This document shows positions 40,133 to 51,337 of a stretch of 64,000 bases of DNA, in pieces. This stretch comes from Lama guanicoe. Taxonomy: Eukaryota. Where the stretch lies: NCBI GenBank assembly GCA_013239625.1, contig MU053810.1:2429518-2493517 (forward strand). The letters are read 5' to 3'. The translations under genes and the position numbers were made by a program. Numbering within the stretch: the stretch's first letter is position 1; each line of letters starts with the position of its first letter. The notes below the pieces were generated by a model. It made no database searches and was not told the DNA's origin. It worked only from the letters and a program-made list of their open reading frames with translations.

Positions 40133-41493
40133 AGATGATTCTTCTAGGAATTCATATCCTGCCATCAGTGGGTTTTGATAGAAATGTCACACTAGAAAAC
40201 AAAACACTTCTAATTAATACTCGTCCAAGATTGCAGCTTTGGTCAAAATACACTTTTCTATCCTCTTTGTGTTACGTGTTTGTGTGTTGAGGATATCAAG
40301 TCATCTAATTGCTGAGCACCTACTCTGTGTTAAATGCCATACTAAATATTGAGGAGGACATAGATAAATGTTAGAAAAAGCTATCTTAATGCAATCCATT
40401 TATGAACCCACTGTCAACATAATATAGTCCCTATACTAGTCTGTCATTTGCAAGTGACAGATTCCCAATTGAGGCCGGCTTAAGAATAATTTATTAGCGT
40501 GTGTGCCCCATGGAGTAACAGAGGAGTTCACTGGAGGAGAAAGGATGCTACCCAGAAAGAAGAGAGATGTCAGTGCAGGCGATTACAGTCCACCATCACC
40601 CCCAACCCCCACCAACCAGTAACATCATGAGTGCCTTTCATGTAAGCCACGCCGAGAGTTCAACAAAAATAGCACACAAGTGAGAACTTCCTTTTTAAAT
40701 GAATAAAATGATGATGCTTGAATCTTCCAGGAATTAAATCAAAGCAGACAAAACATTCATACCAAGGGGTCTTCCATAGGGAGAGTATTTCAATGCCTCT
40801 GCTCAGCCTAATTCTAGAAACCTAGTACCTTTGAACAGATGGAGAGGTGGGAAAAATAAAAATGTGCTCCTTCTAGCCCCCACCACACCCCCACTGCCGC
40901 AATCTCACAGAGCTGCACTGGGCAAGCCGGGCACCTGCCCCAAGGTGAAGGGCCGCCCCCTACCCGTGCACACTGTGCCAGATACTCAGAGACCAGGTGC
41001 CTTTTTGCCATCAACTGTCCCTCTAAACAGTAAGCCCTTGAGGGACAATGGTAGAGTCCGCCCTGCTCACAATTTATTGAGCACCTACTATGTGCCAAGT
41101 GGGAGCAGAGAAGTGAACAAAACAAAGCCCTTTTTCTCAGGGAGCCTGCCTTCCCGTGCACCAAAGAGGTGCATACATCAGATGTGAGAGGTGCTAGGAA
41201 AGTGAAGAGATGGGAGTGGGGTGGTTAGGAAGGTGCTGGGGAAGGCCTGGCCTCCCCTGGAGGTCTGGGAAGCTCTGGGGAAACAGGCCCAGGGGCAGAG
41301 GACACAGCCGCACTGATGTCGTTGGAGTCAAAACCATTCCCCAATCCGACCCATTGGAAGAGCGGCCCAGGATGGGGGTGGGAGTGGGGGTGGGGGAGGG
41401 ACCGTGGGAAAGACTCAGATTTTATGCTAAGTACAATGAGAAGATGTCAGAGAGTCTGAACAAGATAATTTGTAGTTTTAGAATTCAGGACAC

Positions 41494-41991
41494 TGAAGGA
41501 GAGCAGGATCTGCCACCAGAAAATATGCCACTTTGACATAAGAATTATTTCAAGCTGAAGGCATTTGAGTTCCTGAAATCCCTTATCTGCCTAAAAACAG
41601 AGCCATCCCAAAGAACTCAATTGTCATACAGCCCTTTCCAGAGAGCAACGCTATTCTCTCCTAGAGATAGAAACACCTCACCCAAGCGGACATTGTCACA
41701 AAACTATCCTATGTCCCATCTCTTCTCCTATGGGCCCATTTCTCTTTCAAAAATAAATCATTTGTTCTCCCAGAAGTGCCCCTTTGCCTTTCCCCATCCC
41801 CTGCAGTGACGACATAGACGCCCTAAAATCTAACCATCTCCTTGAGTCACATGTTTCCTTGTGAACTCCCCTGCCTACGTAGGTGATTCAATCTGTTTTC
41901 TTCTCTTGCTAACCTGTCTTTTGCAGATTTAATTTGCAGGCCCCCAGGGAAAACACTAAATGGAATAGAAGAAGTCTTTTTCTTCCTGACA
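41494..41991 (+). mobile_element. Solo LTR, MER34-like (ERV1)
   Basis: Starts tgaaggagagcaggatctgccaccagaaaatatgccactttgacataagaattattt, ends ttttcttcctgaca. Confidence 0.75.
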
Positions 41992-42739
41992 CTTCCTGTC
42001 TTCTCTTTAGATATCTTCTTTTCCACCACTGACCCATTCATATGTAGACTGAATACTTGAAGAGAGGTTTATTCTCACAATCTGTGAAATGATAAAAGTA
42101 TATAAATTCCTACCTAGAAGCAACCATTACATCAAGTTTTTTTTTTATTTATTTCAAAGGTTTATTAAGAAGTTCTGGTATTCACAGTCTCTCTCACCTC
42201 CTTCTCAACTAATCTTATAATCGGAGACAGTTCTTCAAGGGGCCTACCTGGGCTCTAACCTCAGAGCTGTGGAATTTCACTCTTTCAGTCTGTTCCTCTT
42301 TTGTCAAAGATAGGGAGACCAAGCCCTTGCTGGCTTGGCATTTGTGGGGCTGGGGGGGGGGGGCGGGAGTCAGTGGGCCAGTGGAGTGCTCTGGGGTGGA
42401 TTTTTTTTTCTCCTCCTTAGAATGTATAACCACTGGGTAGAATGTTCTTTAGTCCTGCATCAACACATCATCACTGTGCCCTTCCACGCCAGAAACAATC
42501 CTTGTAATAATGCTGACACTTTCTTAAGAGAACGCTGAAACACTTTTCCAGAGATGCACCGCATTGTCCCATTTGGGAAACAAGCGGGCCGGAAACTCAG
42601 GGAAGCTAAATACTTGACTGAGATACTCAGAAGGTCAGCCGCTGACACGGGAAGGGCTCACAGACACAGCCCGGTGAGCCTGTTTCCCATCACTTGCAGA
42701 CATTTCATCTTGGTCGAAGTTCTGTTCTTAGTATCTGTG

Positions 42740-43303
42740 TAACTTTATCAGGTAAAACTGCACACTCTCTTGGTCATAGTCCTCACACTATTTATTAATC
42801 TGCTGGGCCCTTTGATGTTTTAATTATATCCGAGTTGCCTAGATTTAAATTTCAGTGGCCAGTATCCAGGGTCTGGTCTCCCTGTGTTCCAAAGAACCCA
42901 GAGAGCAACACAGAGACCAGGAAAGCAAAGTGTCCCAGGAAAAGGCTTCCCTGACCAAGTCAGAAATGGATGAACATCGTGGGGACAAGAAACCAGATCT
43001 TTTTCCACCTCCACCTCTTTGCCTATCAAAGCTTTATTTCTTGTTACTTTAATTAAGCTTCTGACATCAGCCTGGGAGAAGGCTTGCATGCATGCAGCCT
43101 TGCAGAAAATAGCCCAGAACCCCACAATGGCAGCAGGAAACCCGAGAACTCAGCCACCCACCCAAGCCCTCCACCCTCTCCCCGGCCATTAAAATATCAA
43201 TGTTATTAAATGCAAGAGTCAGAGAATGAAATCTTAATCTGTGCCTGTCTTGCATTTCTGTTCCTCCTTTCTCTACCTGCCTGTTGTCCCTCCCACCCGT
43301 ACA
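42740..43303 (+). mobile_element. Possible old ERVL LTR (LTR33-like)
   Basis: aaagctttatttcttg, aatcttaatctgtgcctgtcttgcatttctg, ends ..gtaca; recognised only by resemblance. Confidence 0.35.
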
Positions 43304-44039
43304 AGGATTGAGCTCTAAGCCTAACAGCCTTGCTCTGCTGAGCTGTACATGTACAATGCGTGTCTGCGTGCACATGCTTCTCCAGAGCTGGCACACCTGC
43401 TCTCTCTCTCTGCAGAGACATCCTTCAGTAGTCCCTATTGCCCCAGTGGGCCAGCCTCAGGGATCACAACCCCATGAGTGGGGCCCTGAGCCCCACAGAA
43501 TGGCTCCTGGAACTGGGCCCCTTCACATCCTGTCCCCAGACAGAGCAAAGATGGGGCTACTCCAGGGAGAACACACGCTGGAAAGAAGCAAACTGCATTT
43601 CAAGGCACAGGAGTTATCACAGGGAAATCATGGCTTTTTGTGTAGCTTGAATACTGGTGACTTGTTCTGTTTCTGGCTTTCGCTTACAAAAAAGAGACAT
43701 CGGTCCAAAGCTCTGATGGTGTTTTTCTACTCAAGGCAACATAGACTCTAATTTTCAGCAAAAGCCACGAGAATGTCTTCAAGTCAGCTGGAGTGATTCA
43801 GCTCTTGAATCTGACCCATAATAACATCTTGCATTTCTAAAGAACTTTCCAGCTTGCAAAGCGCTTCACATAGCACATTTCTTCACCAGGCGACTTTTAT
43901 CAGGGCTTCTAGCTGCCGGGGGAGCAGCCTTCACACCAGAGCTGCTGAGATGGGGGAGTCTCCCAAGAGCACATCCAACTAGCCAAGTTTCCTTCTAACG
44001 AAATTACACAAAATGCACAGCTACTTTTAAGACTCTTGC

Positions 44040-44720
44040 ACATTTCATTCAACCAGTATTTATTAAGGCCCTACTATGTGCCACCCTCTGGCCAGGCACT
44101 GTGGATACTGCCAAGAAGAAACAAAAAAGAGGCACGGTCCCCTTAAATGCTAATGGACAAGTCACACATTAATCTGTAATCACACAGAGTAAACGTAAAG
44201 TTGCAACTTCTAAAGATACAGGATGATGACTTAGTCAAGGAGCGCCTCCCAGAGGAAGTGACCCCTGAGCTGAGATATGGAGGACCCTGGCATCGGGAAA
44301 GGAGAGAAGGGAACAATACTGCAGACAGAGCGTGTATGGTTAAGGGCCCCCGAGATGCATGGGCACAAGATGCATGGCGCGGGGGGCAGGATGAGGCTGG
44401 AGAGGGAAGTGGGGCCCGGGTGCAGGGATTTGTAGGATGTGTTACAGAACTGAGTCCTCAGCACTAGGGTAGCAGGAGCCATTGAAGGGGAGGGTCCTGA
44501 TGAGACGGATATTGTAAAACATCACACTGTGGGATTAGGAGAGGAAAAGAATCAGAGCGGGGAAAGGTAAAAGAGTTCAGATGCTACTGAAGCAATTCAT
44601 GTGAGAGACTGCAGTGGGGAGACAAGGAGGGAGAGAAATGGCAGGATTCCAGAAATGGGAGGTAAAGCCAACAGGAGTAAATGACAGACTGGGTCTGAAA
44701 TGAGGAAGAGGAAGATGTCC
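44040..44720 (-). mobile_element. L2 LINE fragment (others near 2000-2600 and 41070-41200)
   Basis: cattcaaccagtatttattaaggccctactatgtgcca..ccaggcactgtggata L2 3' end, followed by purine-rich degenerate body. Confidence 0.65.
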
Positions 44721-46559
44721 AAGTGTCCTTTTTAAAGGAATACTTTGTACTTTAATGATATTCACTTAAAATAGTTAAATGTATGTAAAATCACAACTAA
44801 TGTCCCCTAAAGCAAGTTGTAACAGGCTCTCTCTGTGCACCACAGTGGAGTTCTTAGACTTGGAATCTGTGAAGTGCTCCAACAGGTTCTGACAGCTTAC
44901 AGAGCATCTGTTTATCAGACCTGATTGGTTCTTTAATGCACTGAGTGTGTAAGTAACTGGCCCAAAGTGATGCTGGAGCCAGGATTTACTACCAAAGACG
45001 GAACTGGATAGGTTGAGACATCGTGGCTTAGGAAATTAAGGCATTGCTATTTCCAGAATCTAAGAGTTCATGTCACATCAATTTACAGAGAAGTAAAACA
45101 ATATTCAAACAAAAACTCATTAGTGTGCCAATGAATCACTGCTGAAGGAGAAAGAAGGTGCATTCATCAATTCACCAGACATACTTTTATACTTTAGGGT
45201 TTTTAAAGGTACCTTGAGTTATTTAAAGCTGAATGCAGAAATAAACCCAATTGCATGCTGAGGAATAAAAATGTCCCCAAGTTCAAGCCAACACCATGAG
45301 GTCAGTGCTTTTTATTTCAATCAACAAATGTTTATTAAGTGAACTACCTTGGGAAAGTTACTTAACATTTTGGGTCTCAGTTTCCACATTAGTAAAAGGT
45401 GAACCCTAATAGTACCTGTTTTAAAGGACTGCTGTAAGAATCAAGTGAATTAATTGATGTCAAAGACTTAGACTAGCCCTGGGACCTGGCTGCCTCTTCA
45501 ACTCCATTTTGAGCCACTGTCCCCTGCGAACTAAATCTAATGTAATTTTCTTTTCCTTTCCTCAAAGCCTTCCCACATGCATTTTCCTTTGCGAAAACAC
45601 TCTGCCTCTGGCTGGTGTATCTTCATTCTTCACGTGTCATAGGCCAAGAACAGCAGAAAAAGATCCAGGGGCCAAAGCTGACCATACACACACACAGAGT
45701 ATACAAGTAGGCTTGTGTGTGCATAGGCACACAGACACGCACTTGTTTCTATGTATATAAGTCAGCAGTGCAGTGCTGTTAGGATGAGAGGCAGAGTCTA
45801 TACGAAATCAGCGCTCTACTAGGAGCACGAGACCCTCATGCAGGAAGTAACCCCACTGTTGTCCTCTGTATTAGCCTGACCTCTATAAGAATATTCCATC
45901 CTGTCGTGGGTCCCCTGATGTCTTGGATATTTTTTTAATGCAATTGTGGATGTATTAGGGAGATGCCTAAAAAGTGTGCCATGAATTACTAAAAGCATGA
46001 AGAAACAGTGCTGCGACGAAAGTTGTAATAAACTAACAGCTGACCAAATGCCTGCCTGTAGAAAGACAGGCAGATGCCACTTTAAGGAATGCTGTGTCTG
46101 TGGAAGGCAGAAAGAGACAGCTGCCTTATGCAGCAAGACAGACCATTTTTATAATAATATAGTACACTGAGAACTGGATTCTTGGTATCTGCTACATCTA
46201 GATTGTCTTTCCTAGAATTTAGAAGCCCTGAGTTGGAATCCTGACCCTACCACTCACTAGCTGTATGACTTCGGGCAAGTAGTTAATCTCTCCAAGTCTC
46301 AAGTCACTCTTTTCTGCCAAATGGGAATAATAATATCTACCTCATGGGTTTTTGTAAAGTTTAATGAGATAATGATTCGTTCCTGGCTTTTAGTAACAAT
46401 TCAAGGAAAGCTGGCTCTATTGTCCGCTTCCTACCTCACTCCCCTCAGGACTGGTTGATCACTATTAAGAAACTGTGATCATTTTATTTCTGCATAAACT
46501 ATACGTAAGAATCACTGGGGAAAATAAAAAAGAATCACTGAGTGCAAAAAATACTAAGT

Positions 46560-47165
46560 ACCAAATGAAATTAATCTGCAAAGGATGCATCTGGAACAAA
46601 GATGGTTTGTTCCAGAACAATCATTTTAAACAAAAACAAAAAGCTTATTAGAAGGTGAGAAAGGCATCCTTGATGGATAAGTGGCAGCCCAGAAGGTCCA
46701 TAAAAATGTTCAGACAGTCAGCAATTTGGCTAATTCACATAGGTGACTGACGAGGGGGAAGAAGGCTGAAGAGCTCAATTTAGATAAGGAAACAGACTCT
46801 TCCTTAGAGAAAACTTGAACAAGAAGATTGCACCACACATCTCTGAGTGATAGATAGAAATAGAAAAGATGTTTGCCTCCTTTGTCCTTATCTTTTAAGG
46901 ACAGCTGAACAAATGGTATCTTCTTGAGGAATAGAGTAAGCGGCAATGAACCACATGTTTTCCAGTATGACCTGGAAAATGAGTGTCAGTGTCTGCCGTG
47001 GGGTTCTCCAAATCCCGGGAGGACCCATAATGCTGATGTACCGAAATCACAACCGATGACAGAGAAGATTGGTTTCTTTGACGTCAGGGGCATTGTTCAT
47101 GCAGAATTCATTCCTCTAGGTCAAAGAGTCCATCGAACTTACGGTGAAATCCCAAAGCATTTGAT
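46560..47165 (+). mobile_element. Decayed mariner-family (Tc1/mariner) transposase fragment
   Basis: HTH-region remnant AEELNLDKET (46765-46794); ORF 46924-47199 has GNE..VFQYDLE (for GDE..YQYDPE) and FFDVRGIVHAEFIPLGQRV, matching the mariner catalytic-domain consensus. Confidence 0.8.
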
Positions 47166-47319
47166 AGATTCTCAGCATTCCAGCAAGGGGGAATTCTAGC
47201 TCAAGGCTCCAACTCAAACTAAGCCACTGTAAAGTACTTTTGATATAAGGAAAAATAGAAAAAAAAAGATAGAAGGAAGAAAGAGAGGAAGGAAGGAAGC
47301 AAGGAAGGAAAGGAGAAAC

Positions 47320-47776
47320 TGACAAGACGTCTCCTTGTTCAAACTTTAGTCAGGCTCCTCTGCACCTTCTTCTCAGCTTAGCCTCAACCTTGGGATGTTA
47401 TGTCAATTTTACGTTGCTCAGTTTTAGCAAAATTCCTGCTAAATCCATTTAGCAAGGATCCCCACCCTCAATATCTGATCACCCTCCATATTGGGTCCAA
47501 TTCCTCATCTCCTATGCTTGGTATCATGTCACCCTGGTCTGCCTTCAGCAAAAATCATAGGTCAATTTAGCCAGAATGCCCTTTTACCCAGGTGTAATTT
47601 TAGTAATTTTCCAGCCACTGACCGGCAGCCTGCTCCTTGGCCAGAAATCCCCAACTTGTCCATTCAGAATGGAGCCCTGGTCCAAACGAAGGTCTCTCTA
47701 CCCCTATTACAACCATTTCTGAATAAAATCTACATTCACTGCTCTATCTTCTGCCCAGCTCTGGTTTTCTTTAACA
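47320..47776 (+). mobile_element. Solo LTR, MER31-like (ERV1)
   Basis: tgacaagacgtctccttgttcaaactttagtcaggctcctctg start, AATAAA at about 47722, ends tttctttaaca. Confidence 0.75.
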
Positions 47777-48349
47777 CTTCCCAGCCTGATCACTCATCTT
47801 TTCCCCAGTCTTGGCTCCAAATACATCTAGCTCTTCCTCAAAGTCAAATACACTCTCAGAAGATGAAGATCCCCATCAATAAAGGTATATGAAAGTCTGT
47901 CTATGCTATAGGCTTAGAAAAGAAAACCAAAAAAATGGGGAGTGGAAATATTCACATTGTTTGTGCAAATGGCCCCAGGTGACTGCTTTAAAGATGAGAA
48001 CAACTATCTGACTGTTTTGTTTTTTAAAGCTCATACTGCAGTCACAGCTCTGGCATTCATTAGGTAAGTTACAGACACATGGCATCCAGTTACTTGAACT
48101 AACTTGGCTGAGGGTCTTCAGTTATCTCCCGTTTGACTTCCTAGCTCACTTTTGCAGATTCCTCAGCCTCTAAATAAGGCACATTTTTAACCTTTTGGTC
48201 TCTGACAAAGCAGAGCTCTTCCTGAATGGGTTCTCCTTACCCTCACTCCAGGCCAACAATATTCTAAGGATTTTCCTAATATCCTTGCCTGACGTATCCT
48301 GGGATGTCAGACCTCCCCTTCGATTTAATCTCGATCTCTCTTTCCTCTC

Positions 48350-49017
48350 TTTTTTTTTTTTTTTTAAAATATATATAACTTTTTATTGAAGTATAGTCAG
48401 TTTACAATGTTGTGTCAATTTTTGGTGTACAGCATAATGCTTCAGTCATACATGAATATACATATATTCGTTTTCATATTCTTTTCATCATAAGTTACAA
48501 GATATTAAATATAGTTTCCTGTGCTATACAGTAGGAACTTGTTGTTTACACATATATATGTATTAGTTTGTATCTGCAAATCTCAAACTTCCAATTTACC
48601 CCTTCCCACCCTCTTCACCCCCTACCTGTAACCATAAGTTTGTTTTCTATGTCTGTGAGTCTGTTTCTGTTTTGTAAATAAGTTTGTTTGTCTTTTTTTT
48701 TAGATTCCACATATAAGTGATATCATATGGTATTTTTCTTTCTCTTTCTGGCTTACTTCACTTAGAATGACAATCTGTAGGTCCATCCATGTTGCTGCAA
48801 ATGGCATTATTTTATGATATTTTATGGCTGAGTGGTATTCCATTGTATAAATATATCACAAGTTCTTTATCCAGTCATCTGTCAATGGACATTTAGGTTG
48901 TTTCCATATCTGGGCTATTGTAAATAGTGCTGCTAAGAACATTGGGGTGCATGTGTCTTTTTGAATTAAGGTCCCCTCTGGATATATGCCCAGGAGTGGG
49001 ATTGCTGGATTCTATGG
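48350..49017 (-). mobile_element. 5'-truncated LINE-1 3' end
   Basis: Poly-T at 48350-48365 followed by L1 3'UTR and ORF2-end sequence similar to the 56 kb copy; degenerate CT-rich TSD. Confidence 0.9.
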
Positions 49018-49744
49018 TCTCTCTCTCCACTTTTGATTCCCTTCAGCTACCCCTCCATTTACACCTGTCGCTTCCCAAGCCTTTCCCTACCACCTCCATC
49101 ACCAGTGTGTCCCGAAGTCTGATGAGCAGATGCCTTAGTTTCTGTTTGAACATCTGTTCCTCTAACTACGTTATAGCCTTCACCGTCATTCAACCTCAGG
49201 CATCCACCTGGGACCTCAATCCCACATCCCTGGACACCCAAGCCCCCAGCTCCACTCTCCCGTCACTTCTGCCTCCACCCCCACCCCCACTAACAAGGCA
49301 AGGTGCCTGAGTCATCACTCTTCTCAATATAACCACTAGACTTTTCTGGACTTGCTTTTCTCTTTCATTCTTTTTTTAAGGGATTTTTCACCAATAAGCA
49401 ATCAGGGTTTAGATTGCCCAATCTGTCCAAGAGAAGTCCAGATAAGATAACACAGGGACAAGGGTTCATTATCAATAAGTCTTTGACAACCTTAGAACCA
49501 TCGGGCACTGTTTTTGGTTCAGGTGAGATGGATGCTGACATGGCGCCTCACACTGTTGGCCTGTGGTCCAGCCAATGAGCCTGCTGGTCTCTTGACAGGC
49601 TGCTCAGCCCTTAGGCACAGCCTAGCCTGAGGGTCATTGCCCCAGAAGCCACCCAGACAGTGGGAGCTAGAGGCTGGTGGTAAGGTGGGAGAGTAGCCAG
49701 TCCTGAGTACATCTAAAGAGACTTCTGTTGTTTTCCTTCAAAAA

Positions 49745-50075
49745 ACTTCCAATGGGGAATATCTTAGAAAACTCTGAGCACATTCAAAGAACAAAGATGT
49801 AAAAGGAGCTGGAAAATAGGACCCATGAGGGATGGAGAGGAAAAGAAGAGAAAGCCTGGAGGCCACTTCACAACGGCCTGCAAAGTTTAAAGGGATATTC
49901 CTCAGAGGATGGAGACCAGCTGTTCACCGTCCCCAGCGAGGACGGAACAAAAGGAAATGGGCTTCAGCATCCACGGGAGAGACTCAGGCTGGAAAATAAT
50001 CGCTGCCAGTGAGGATTTCGGGCTTGGGATGAATTATCGGGAGCAATCAGGGCCTCTTGTCCTCTGGAGGTCTTC
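49745..50075 (+). mobile_element. Ancient CR1/L3 LINE 3' fragment, interrupted by the PTMA retrocopy
   Basis: gaagagaaagcctggagg...aagggatatt..gaggatggagaccagctgttc..gaggacggaacaaaaggaaatgggct...ctggaggtcttca resembles the CR1 RT 3' end. Confidence 0.65.
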
Positions 50076-50092
50076 AGAAAATGAAGGAGCTC

Positions 50093-51337
50093 CCCACTGG
50101 CTGCTCTGAAAAGCCATCTTTGCATTGTTCCCGTGTCCCCCTCCCAGTTCGCCGCCGCCGCCTCTGGCAGCTTTATCGCCAGAGTCTTCCAACTTTCGGT
50201 TTCTTTTTAATCCGCTGCATCGGATCACCGGCGTGCCCATCATGTCAGACGCGGCCGTGGACACCAGCTCTGAGATCACCAGCTCCGAGATCACCACCAA
50301 GGACTTAGAAGAAGGAAGTTGTGGAGGAGGCAGAGAATGGGAGAGAAGCACCTGCTAATGGGAATGCTAATGAGGAACATGGGGAGCAGGAGGCCCACAA
50401 TGAGGTAGATGAAGAAGAGGAAGAAGGTGGGGAGGAAGAAGAGGAGGAAGAGGAAGGTGATGGTGAGGAAGAGGATGGAGATGAAGATGAGGAGGCTGAG
50501 GCAGCTACGGGCAAACGGGCAGCTGAAGATGATGAGGAGGACGATGTTGACACCAAGAAGCAGAAGACTGATGAGGTTGACTAGACAGCAAACAAGGAGA
50601 AGTTAAACTTAAAAAGGGGGGGGGGGGGCACTGTGACCTATTCACCGCCCACTTCCCATCTCAGAATCTAAACGTGGCCACCTTCGAGTAGAGAGGCCCG
50701 CCCGCCCGCCTGCCGCGGGCAGCGCCACCTGCAGATGACACGCTCTCCACCACCCAGCCAAAACCACGAGGTGAATTAGCAACAGGGGAAGAAAAAAGAA
50801 CCAAAACGTCCAAGGCCCTGCTTTTTTTCTTAAAGTACTTTAAAAAAGGAAATTTGTATTTTTATTTACATTTTATATTTTTGTACATATTGTTAGGGGT
50901 CAGCCATTTTTCATGATCTCGGATGACCAAACCAGCCTTCAGAGCATTCTCTGTCCTACTTCTGACTTGACTTGTGGTGTGACCATGTTCATTGAAACCT
51001 CAAAGGAGAAAGAAAACCTTGTAAAAAAAAAAGCAAAAACAACAACAACAAAACAATCTTATTCCGAGCATTCCAGTAACTTTTTTTGCATATGTACTTA
51101 GCTGTACTTACTGTAAGTAGTTGGTTTGTATGAGATGGTTAAAAAGGCCAAAGATAAAAAGTTTCTTTTTTTTCCTTTTTTTGTCTATGAAGTTGCTGGG
51201 TTTTTGTTTTTGTTTTCGGTTTTGGTTTTTTTTTTTTTTTTGGCCTGTTTGATGTATGTATGAAACAATGTTGTCCAACAATACACCAGGATTTTATTTT
51301 GCTGAGTTGTTCTAACAAAAAAAAAATAGAAAAGAAA
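50093..51337 (+). pseudogene. PTMA: Processed (retrotransposed) pseudogene of prothymosin alpha, full-length mRNA copy
   Basis: ATG at 50242 reads MSDAAVDTSSEIT..TKDL; the acidic body EEAENGREAPANGNANEE...TGKRAAEDDEEDDVDTKKQKTDEVD ends at TAG 50582-50584 in a different frame (frameshift near 50307). No introns, PTMA-like 5' and 3' UTRs, A-rich tail 51317-51337, 17-bp TSD agaaaatgaa(g)(g/a)agctc at 50076-50092 and 51338-51354 with one mismatch. Confidence 0.97.

Noticed and set aside
46924..47199. Active transposase or SETMAR-like gene
   Set aside because: First catalytic Asp lost, upstream frameshifts and stops, truncated before the remaining catalytic residues, no SET domain.
50321..50584. 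87-aa acidic ORF as a functional PTMA gene
   Set aside because: It starts at an internal GTG downstream of a frameshift; intronless with poly-A and TSD, so a processed pseudogene.
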